From Gammaproteobacteria bacterium (GTDB taxonomy: Bacteria; Pseudomonadota; Gammaproteobacteria; Steroidobacterales; GCA-2729495), in assembly GCA_020853135.1 (NCBI GenBank), contig JADYZO010000005.1, positions 422-64,421 on the forward strand: a stretch of 64,000 nt of DNA. Direction: 5' to 3'. Positions 1 to 7,900 of this stretch are shown one piece after another. Positions within the stretch are counted from its first letter, which is position 1, and the number at the start of each line of letters is the position of its first letter. A program made the translations under genes and the position numbers. The notes below the pieces were generated by a model that was not told the DNA's origin, did no database searches, and worked only from the letters and a program-made list of their open reading frames with translations.

Positions 1-1
1 G

Positions 2-316
2 GTGGTCATGGATGATGAGGTCGTGACACGCATCGAGATGACGCTGGACCGCTTCAACGCCGGGCTGCCGCCCCTGCGCGATTTCATCCTGCCGGGAGGC
101 AACCCGGCCGCCGCAGCCTGCCACATTGCCCGCGCAGTGTGCCGGCGGGCGGAGCGGCGCGCCTGCACGCTGGCGTGCCTGGAACCGCTCAACCCCGCCT
201 CGCTGCGCTACCTCAACCGCCTGTCCGACCTGCTGTTCGTGCTGGCCCGCGTGCTCGCACGCGAGGGGGGCGGCAGCGAGGTACTCTGGCGCCCGCGCCC
301 CGCGCCACCCGGCTAG
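2..316 (+). CDS. pduO: PduO-type cob(I)alamin adenosyltransferase, 5'-truncated by the window edge
   Basis: FILPGG, HIARAVCRRAERR and YLNRLSDLLFVLAR motifs. Confidence 0.9.
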   Translation: MVMDDEVVTRIEMTLDRFNAGLPPLRDFILPGGNPAAAACHIARAVCRRAERRACTLACLEPLNPASLRYLNRLSDLLFVLARVLAREGGGSEVLWRPRPAPPG

Positions 317-1209
317 CCGCCAGGGCGCAACCGGGCGCGCGCCTCGTCCAGCCGCGTGCAGATCGCCTCGATGCCATCGAGCAGCCGTGGGCCCGGGCGC
401 GCCAGCAGGTCGGCATCGACCAGGAAGAGGTTCCCGGCCCGCACCGCGGGCAGTGCCGGCCAGGTCCGCCAGCCGGCAAGCGGGCCCGGCCCCGCGGCAT
501 GCATGTCGGTCGCGATGATCACCTGGGGTGCGGCATCGAGGATCGACTCCACCGACACGATGGCCGTCAGCCCGGGCAATGCACCGAACACGTTGTCACC
601 GCCACAGAGCCGCAGGCCCTGCCCGGCGAAATGCCGGTCGGTGACCGTGTAGTAGGGTTGCTCCGACAGCTGGAGGAACACCGACAGCGGCGGCCCCCGG
701 GCGGCATGGCCGGCGAGCGCAGCGAGGCGCGCCCGGAAGCCTGCCGCCGCAGCCTCGGCCAGCGCGCGGGTCCCGGTCAGCGCACCGATGGTGACCAGCT
801 GCCCGGCGATGTCCGCAAGGTCCGCGGGCTCGAGGGCCACGACCCGCAGGCCGAGCTGGCGCAGGCGCGCCAGCGTCTCCGGTGCATTGCCCGATGTCCA
901 GGCCAGGAGCAGGTCGGGCTTCAGTGCGGTGACCGCCTCGTAGTCCACGCGAAAGGCATCCCCCACGCGTGGCAGCTGGCGGGCAGCTGGCGGGTAGTCG
1001 CTGAACTCCACGACACCGACCAGGCGGTCGCCCGCTCCCGCCGCAAAGACCAGCTCGGCGAGGTGGGGCGAGAGCGTGATGATGCGTCGCGCGGGGGGCG
1101 CGTCTCCCGGGGCCGGCTGCGGCGGGGCCGCCGGGCTGCACGCACCGAGCACCAGCGCACAGGCCCATGCCGGCAGCCAGCGGTGGCGCATCGCTGCCGG
1201 CTGCCTCAC
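313..1209 (-). CDS. btuF: Cobalamin-binding periplasmic protein (BtuF-like), probable lipoprotein
   Basis: RIITLSPHLAELVFAAGAG, VGVVEFSDYPPAA and LLARPGPRLLDG motifs; lipobox-like LGAC; GTG start overlaps the ampD stop (alternative ATG at 1191). Confidence 0.8.
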   Translation of the reverse strand: MRQPAAMRHRWLPAWACALVLGACSPAAPPQPAPGDAPPARRIITLSPHLAELVFAAGAGDRLVGVVEFSDYPPAARQLPRVGDAFRVDYEAVTALKPDLLLAWTSGNAPETLARLRQLGLRVVALEPADLADIAGQLVTIGALTGTRALAEAAAAGFRARLAALAGHAARGPPLSVFLQLSEQPYYTVTDRHFAGQGLRLCGGDNVFGALPGLTAIVSVESILDAAPQVIIATDMHAAGPGPLAGWRTWPALPAVRAGNLFLVDADLLARPGPRLLDGIEAICTRLDEARARLRPGG

Positions 1210-1781
1210 CCGCGGCCCGCGCGCTCGAGCAGCCCCGCCAGCCGCCCCCAGTCGAATGCGGATCCGGGGTCGGTCTTGCGCCCTGGCGCGATGTCGCTGT
1301 GACCGACCACCGGGGCGCGCCGCAGCGAGGGCATCGCCTGGCGCAATGCCGCCACCAGCCGTGCCAGCACCTCGTACTGCACGGCCGCGTACGGCATCTC
1401 GTCGGCACCCTCCAGCTCGATGCCGATGGAGAAATCGTTGCAGCGCTCGCGGCCGCAGTGGCTCGACTGTCCCGCGTGCCAGGCCCGGCGGTGCAGCGGC
1501 ACGTACTGCACCAGCTCACCGTCGCGGCGCACCAGCAGGTGCGCGGAAACCCGCAGCGGGGCAAGGTCGGCAAAGGAGGGATGGGCGGCCGGATCGAGGT
1601 CGCTGGTGAACAGCGCATCGATCCAGGGCCCGCCGAACTCCCCCGCCGGCAACGAGATGCCGTGCACCACGATCAGCTCGGGCAGGCAGCCTGCGGGGCG
1701 TTCATCCTGGTTGGGCGAGGCCACCTGGCGGGCGCCGCGCACCAGGCCGGATTCCCCGTCGATCACGATCTGCGCGGTCAC
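1206..1781 (-). CDS. ampD: 1,6-anhydro-N-acetylmuramyl-L-alanine amidase
   Basis: LIVVHGISLPAGEFGG, VSAHLLVRRDG, RAWHAG, CNDFSIGIELEG and GHSDIAPGRKTDPG motifs; start placed at GTG 1781 (approximate). Confidence 0.93.
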   Translation of the reverse strand: MTAQIVIDGESGLVRGARQVASPNQDERPAGCLPELIVVHGISLPAGEFGGPWIDALFTSDLDPAAHPSFADLAPLRVSAHLLVRRDGELVQYVPLHRRAWHAGQSSHCGRERCNDFSIGIELEGADEMPYAAVQYEVLARLVAALRQAMPSLRRAPVVGHSDIAPGRKTDPGSAFDWGRLAGLLERAGRG

Positions 1782-1899
1782 CGCCACAGTGTAGCGAATC
1801 AGCCGGCAGCGGTACCCCGGTTTCGCGATGCCTGGCGGCAGACCGGATGCTGGTACGCTAGCGCGGCTTTCCGCAACCGAAGTACCGGCACCGTGCACC

Positions 1900-2631
1900 A
1901 TGAGCCTGCGACGGATCTACTCTGACCAGCGCCTGTGCGCCGGAACGGTCACGGTGCTCCGGGGCGATGCCGCCAACCACGTCCTGCGCGTGCTCCGGCT
2001 GCGCCGCGGTGACAGGCTGGTGGTGTTCGACGGCTCAGGCACCGACTTCGATGCCGGGATCATCGGACTCGGACGCGATGAGGTGCAGCTCGAGGTCGGC
2101 CCTGGCCGCGGGATCCACAGCGAGACGCCGCTGGCCGTGACGCTGTTCCAGGGCATCTCGCGCGGGCCGCGCATGGACACCGTGATCCAGAAGGCCACCG
2201 AGCTCGGCGTGGCCCGCATCCAGCCGGTGCTCACCGCGCGTGGCGTGGTGCGTCTCGACGGGGACGGCGCGGGCCGCAAGCGCGAGCACTGGCAGCGGGT
2301 GGCCGTCGCGGCCGCCGAGCAGAGCGGGCGCAGCCGGGTGCCCGAGGTTGCCGAACCAGGCCCGCTGGAGGTCCTGGTCCCGGCCAGTACCGCGCACCCG
2401 ACGCGCCTGCAACTCGATCCGCAGGGCGAGCCGGTCCGGGCACTTGGCGCGCTGGCCGGACCCGTGGCGCTGCTGGTGGGCCCGGAGGGCGGCCTCAGTG
2501 AGGCGGAAGTCCGCCTCGCTGCCGACTTCGGCTACCGCCGCCTGCGGCTCGGGCCGCGCATCCTGCGCACGGAAACCGCGCCGCTCGCGGCGCTGGCGGT
2601 GCTGCAGTTCGTGGCAGGCGACCTCGGCTGA
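1900..2631 (+). CDS. rsmE: 16S rRNA m3U1498 methyltransferase
   Basis: HVLRVLRL, KATELGV, VGPEGGLS and LGPRILRTETA motifs; ATG at 1900. Confidence 0.95.
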   Translation: MSLRRIYSDQRLCAGTVTVLRGDAANHVLRVLRLRRGDRLVVFDGSGTDFDAGIIGLGRDEVQLEVGPGRGIHSETPLAVTLFQGISRGPRMDTVIQKATELGVARIQPVLTARGVVRLDGDGAGRKREHWQRVAVAAAEQSGRSRVPEVAEPGPLEVLVPASTAHPTRLQLDPQGEPVRALGALAGPVALLVGPEGGLSEAEVRLAADFGYRRLRLGPRILRTETAPLAALAVLQFVAGDLG

Positions 2632-2642
2632 GGCCGCTGGCA

Positions 2643-3647
2643 CTAGATGATGAAGGTGCCCAGCCACCAGGCCAGGGCGGCAATCAGCGCCGAAGCCGGG
2701 ATGGTCAGCACCCAGGCCACCACGATGTTGCCGGCCACGCCCCAGCGCACCGCCGAGAAGCCCCGCTGCGCAGAGCCGACGCCGATGATCGAGCCGGTGA
2801 TGGTGTGCGTGGTGGAGACCGGGATGCCGAAACCGGAGGCCAGGAACAGCGCCATGGCGCCGCCGGTCTCCGCGGAGAACCCGCCCACCGGCCTGATCTT
2901 CGTGATGCGCTGGCCCATGGTCTTGACGATGCGCCAGCCGCCAAAGAGCGTGCCGCAGCCGATGGAGACATAGCAGGCGACGATCACCCACAGCGGCAGG
3001 TGGTCAGCGGCGGCATCCCCCGAGGCAATGAGCAGCAGCCAGATGACGCCCATGGTCTTCTGGGCATCGTTGCTGCCGTGACCGAGGCTGTAGAGCGCGG
3101 AGGACACCAGCTGCAGGCGGCGGAAGATGCGGTCCACGCGGTAGGGCGCGGCACGGAAACACAGCCAGGACACCGCCGTGATGAGGAGCGCGCTCCAGGT
3201 GAACCCGATGAGCGGCGAGGCACTGATGAAGATGCCAACCTTGAGGAGCCCCGGCAGCAGCAGCGCCTGGGTGCCGGCCTTGCTCACCACGGCACCGACC
3301 ATGCCGCCGATCAGGGCATGGGACGAGCTCGAGGGAATGCCGAAATACCAGGTGATCACGCTCCAGGTGATCGCCCCCACCAGGGCGCCGAAGATCACGT
3401 GGTAGTCGACGAGGCCCGGCTCGATGATGCCCTTGCCCACGGTGGCGGCCACCTTGAGCTCGAAAATGGCGATGGCGAGGAAGTTGAACAGCGCCGCCCA
3501 GGCCACCGCCTGGTGGGGCTTGAGCACGCCGGTGGACACCACCGTGGCGATGGAATTCGCCGCATCGTGGAAGCCGTTCATGAAGTCGAAGAACAGCGCC
3601 ACGGCAACCAGCAGCGCGAGGGTGTTGAACGTGATCTGGACTTCCAC
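2643..3647 (-). CDS. pit: PiT-family inorganic phosphate transporter
   Basis: Two PiT signatures, GFHDAANSIAT and GHGSNDAQKTMG; PVSTTHTITG. Confidence 0.93.
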   Translation of the reverse strand: MEVQITFNTLALLVAVALFFDFMNGFHDAANSIATVVSTGVLKPHQAVAWAALFNFLAIAIFELKVAATVGKGIIEPGLVDYHVIFGALVGAITWSVITWYFGIPSSSSHALIGGMVGAVVSKAGTQALLLPGLLKVGIFISASPLIGFTWSALLITAVSWLCFRAAPYRVDRIFRRLQLVSSALYSLGHGSNDAQKTMGVIWLLLIASGDAAADHLPLWVIVACYVSIGCGTLFGGWRIVKTMGQRITKIRPVGGFSAETGGAMALFLASGFGIPVSTTHTITGSIIGVGSAQRGFSAVRWGVAGNIVVAWVLTIPASALIAALAWWLGTFII

Positions 3648-3649
3648 GG

Positions 3650-4291
3650 TCAGCCGTTCTCGAGCACCACGCCCTCGATGATGTCGGCGACGTCCTGGCA
3701 GCGGTCGGTGGCGGTCTCCAGCAACTCGTACACCGCCTGCAGCTTGATCACCTGGCGCACCTCGGGCTCCTCGCGGAACAGCCGCGAGATGGCGCTGCGC
3801 ATGACGCGGTCGGCATCGGATTCCAGCCCGTCGATATCCTGGCAGAGCGCGAGGATGGATGGCGCGTTCTTCATCGAGGACATCAGTCCGACTGCCGCCT
3901 GCACCCGCTCGCAGCAGATCTTCACCAGGTCCGCCAGGTGCGCGGCCTCGGGCGGCAACTGCCGGACATCGTAGACCATGAGCGACTCGGCAGCGTCCTG
4001 GATCAGGTCCAGGATGTCATCCATGCGCGAGATGAGCCGGTGGATGTCATCGCGGTCGAAGGGCGTGACGAAGGTCTTGTGCAGCAGGGCGGTGGTCTCG
4101 CGGGTCACGCGGTCGGCGGCATGCTCGAGATCGCCGATGCGGGCGATGCCGCCCTCGCGACACTGCGCATCGTTGTAGCCATGGAGCAGCTCGGAGATCG
4201 CCACTCCGCCCTGGGCCACGAAGGCGGCATGCTGGTTGAAGAGGTCGAAGAAGCGCCCTTCACGGGGCATGAGGCGTGAGAAGAGCTGCAT
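3650..4291 (-). CDS. DUF47 family protein (PhoU-like phosphate transport regulator)
   Basis: LMPREGRFFDLF, LEHAADRV, FVTPFDRDDI and TDRCQDVADIIEGVVLEN; adjacent to the PiT gene; ATG at 4291. Confidence 0.9.
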   Translation of the reverse strand: MQLFSRLMPREGRFFDLFNQHAAFVAQGGVAISELLHGYNDAQCREGGIARIGDLEHAADRVTRETTALLHKTFVTPFDRDDIHRLISRMDDILDLIQDAAESLMVYDVRQLPPEAAHLADLVKICCERVQAAVGLMSSMKNAPSILALCQDIDGLESDADRVMRSAISRLFREEPEVRQVIKLQAVYELLETATDRCQDVADIIEGVVLENG

Positions 4292-4392
4292 GGCGTGCCC
4301 GACCGTGTCCGCTTTGTTGCGGGGCGCAGCGTACCAGAAAGCGGGCCGCCCGCGGGCGGCAAAAAGCCCCCGGGAGCCGGATTGCGCAGCGC

Positions 4393-4899
4393 TCAGGACA
4401 GCCGGCGGGCCGACCCGTCCAGGCAGTCGTGGAGCATTTCCTCGATGCGGGGCAGGTCGGGAATGAGCGGGTACTCGTTGATCATGCGGATCTGGCAGAC
4501 CACGGGGCCATCCGCCGGCCAGGCCTGGCGCTCGTCGGGCTTCATGACCCCGTGGTTGACGCGCACCAGCTGCGGGAAGCCTTCGGTGAGGATGCCGTAA
4601 TAGCCGGTCTCCAGCCTGCCGGACATGGCATTGACGATCGCAATGCGCGTCCGGCCGCCGGGCTCCCCAGCCTCCCGGCCGCAGAGTTCCTCGAAGGAGA
4701 TCACCGGCACGCGCAGCGTCGTCCAGGGGACCAGCCCGCGGAACCACCCGGGCTGCGGTCCCTGGCGTTGCGGCGGGACGTAGCGGATGACCTCGGCGAT
4801 GCAGATGCGCGGCACGATGAGGCGCAGCTGGCGCAGCGGGACCAGCTGGCAGTAGATCTCGTCGATGGCGGCCGGCGTGGCGGGGGTCATGACGTCCAT
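4393..4899 (-). CDS. chpC: CheW-like protein of the Chp system
   Basis: LIVPRICIAEVI and GLVPWTTLRVPVISFE; directly downstream of chpA; ATG at 4899 or 4890. Confidence 0.8.
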   Translation of the reverse strand: MDVMTPATPAAIDEIYCQLVPLRQLRLIVPRICIAEVIRYVPPQRQGPQPGWFRGLVPWTTLRVPVISFEELCGREAGEPGGRTRIAIVNAMSGRLETGYYGILTEGFPQLVRVNHGVMKPDERQAWPADGPVVCQIRMINEYPLIPDLPRIEEMLHDCLDGSARRLS

Positions 4900-4900
4900 G

Positions 4901-7900
4901 TCAGGCCTGGCCGAGCTGGCGGCGCACCGCCTCGAGCAGGGCGCGCTCCTGGTACGGCTTGCCGAGGTAATCGTTGACGCCCACCTCGATGGCCCGTGCA
5001 CGGTGCTTGTCGCTGACACGCGAAGTGATCATGACGATGGGCACCGCCGCGGTGGCCGCATTGTTGCGCACGTGCTTGGCGAACTCGTAGCCGTCCATGC
5101 GCGGCATCTCCACGTCGAGCAGGATGATGTCGGGCCGGTGGTCCTGCAACACGCTGATGGCCTCCAGGCCGTCCTTGGCGGTGACCACGCGGAAGCCGTT
5201 GCGCTCCAGCAGCCGCTGCGTGACCCGGCGCATGGTGATGGAATCATCCACCACCAGCGCGAGCGGGCCGCGGGCCGCGGGCTCGGCCACCGGCGCGCGC
5301 ACCGTGGCCTCCGGGCGCGCGGTGCGCACCAGGATGCCCATGTCGAGGATGACGGCAATGCGCCCATCGCCGAGGATGGTGGCACCGGCAATGCCCCGGA
5401 TGGTCGCGAGCTGCGGCCCCACGGGCTTGACGACGATCTCGCGGCTGTCCTGCATCTCGTCGACGATCAATGCGGTCGAGTGCTCGCCCGCACGCACGAG
5501 GATCACCGAGACGCGGCCCTGCTCCTCGGGAATGCGCGCCGGGCCGAGCCCCAGGTACTCGCCCAGGTGGCGGAACCGGTAGGCATGGCCGCCATACTCG
5601 ATGGCCGGTTGCGGCACCCCGAGCCGCGCCAGCAGCTCGCTGCGCGAGATGCGGATGACCCCCTCGACGGTGGGCAGCGGCAGGGCGTAGAGCTCGACCC
5701 CGCAACGCACGATCAGCGCCTGGGTGACGGCCAGCGTGAAAGGCAGGCGGATGGTGAAGGTGGTGCCGCGGCCGGCAGCCGAGTCGATGCGCAGCGAGCC
5801 GCCGAGCCTGGCGACCTCGCTCGTCACCACGTCCATGCCGATGCCCCGGCCGGCGGCCTGGGTCAGCTGGTCGGCGGTGCTGAAGCCCGGGCGCAGGATG
5901 AACTGCATCGCCTCCTCGTCGCCCACCGCGCTGCCGGGCTCGATGAACCCGAGCTCGGCGGCCTTGCGGCGGACGCTGGCGACGTCGATGCCGCGGCCAT
6001 CGTCGGCGATCTCCACCACCGCCTCGGAGCCCTCCCGGCGCAGGTTGATGAAGATGCTGCCGGTGGCGGGCTTGCCGGCGGCAGTGCGCTCCGCCGGCGC
6101 CTCGATGCCGTGGACCACCGCGTTGCGCAGCATGTGCTCGAAGGGCCCGAGCATGCGCTCGAGAACCTGTCGGTCGAGTTCGCCCCCCCCCTGCAGCTGC
6201 AGCTCGGCCCGCTTGCCGAGCTCAAGGGCGGTCTGGCGCACGAGCCGCGCCAGCCGGGGCGCGTGCTGGTGGAACGGCACCATGCGCGTGCGCATCAGGC
6301 CGTCCTGCAGCTCGGTGGCGGTGCGGGCCTGCTGGACCAGCAGCGCCTCGGTGTCCCGCGCCATGTTCTGCAGCAGGTCCTTGAGGCTGTTCACGTCCGT
6401 GGTGGTCTCGGCCAGGCTGCGCGACAACTGCTGGATGGTCGAATAGCGGTCGAGTTCCAGCGGGTCGAAATCCCCGCGGCCGCCCACGTCGTCCTGGTGG
6501 CGGAAGAGGATCTGTGCCTCGGTCTCGAGTTCCAGCTTGCGCAGCTGCTCGCGCAACCGCACCACCGTTGCGCCCAGCTCTTCGAGGTTGAACTGGATCA
6601 GGTTGACCTGCTGGCCGAGCCGCGACTGGAAGATGCTGATCTCGCCGGCGTTATTGAGCAGCTGGTCAAGCAGGACCGAATCGACGCGCGCCGTCTCGCG
6701 CCGCTCGGCCACCGGGCCACGCGCCGGCATGACCATGGCCGCCGGCTCGCTGGCCGGCGCGCTGGAGGCGGCGATGGCTGCCGGCTGTTCGAGCTCGCGT
6801 GCCAGCTGCCCGATGCGTTCGAGGGCCGGCAGGCTGATCTCCGGGAGCTCGGCACCGGCTGGCGTCTGCACCGGTTCCACTGTCCCGGCGATCGGCGGCA
6901 CCACCAGCTCGGGCGCTGGAGGCAAGACAGGCGCCGCCGCCACGGGTTCCACGGGCAAAGGCAATACGGGCGCTGCCACGGCTGCCGGCTCTGCGGCCGG
7001 GATCGGCTCGGCCGCCAGGGCGGCGCGCACCCGGGCTGCCAGATGCACAGCCAGCGGGCGCTGCTCGCCGGTGATGGCGTCCTCGCGCAAGCGGTGCAAC
7101 TCGTCGAGACTCGCCTGCAAGAGGTCGCCAAAGGCCGGGTCGCGTGGAATCAGGCCCTCACCCACGCGGATGAGCAGGGTTTCGAGGTCATGGCTGAAGT
7201 TGCCCATGATGCCGAGGCCCGCCATGCGCGCACCGCCCTTGAGCGTGTGCAGGTGTCGCTGGAGGTCGGCCATGGCCTGCTCGTCGATCGCCCCGCCGCC
7301 GTCGCCGGCCAGGCGGGCCACGGCCCCGTCGGCCGCCTCGAGCAGCTCGGCAGCCTCCTCGGCGAAGATCGCGGCGATTTCCGGGTCGTACGGCAGCACG
7401 GCCGGTGCGGCTGCCGCCGCCGGGAAGGGCGCTGCTGGCGCCAGTTCGGGCGCCGGGACGTGAAGCGGGCCGGCTTCCGGTTCCGGTTCCGGTTCCGGCT
7501 GCGACCACGGCTCCGGTTCCGGTTCCGGCGCCAGTTCCGGTTCCGGCTGCGGTTCCGGCTGTGGCTCCGGTTCCGGCTGTGGCTCAGGCTGCTCCCCGGC
7601 TGGCCAGGCCGCGACAGCGTCGGGCTCGACGAGATCCAGGGCGGCGGGAAACTCCGCCGTCAGCTCGATGACCTCCGGCAGCGGCAACTCCTCGACGACA
7701 ATGGAGTCCTCAGGCAGCTGGAAATCGGCGCCTGGCGCAGGCTGCAGCAGTGCGGTGACCTCGCCGGTGCGCTCCAGCGGTTCCTCCTGCGCATGATCGA
7801 GCACCCCGGCGTGGTCATGCAGGCGTTGCACGAGATCCGCCGTCTCCGGCACCGGGCGCCAGGGCTCGGCCAGGTAGGCCACCAGCGCCTCGATCCGCGC

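Noticed and set aside
1782-1899. Cobalamin riboswitch upstream of the ampD-btuF unit
   Set aside because: No B12-box or conserved core seen; the gap is short
7475-7592. Possible CRISPR array or intergenic VNTR
   Set aside because: In-frame hexamer repeats inside chpA; no spacers and no cas genes
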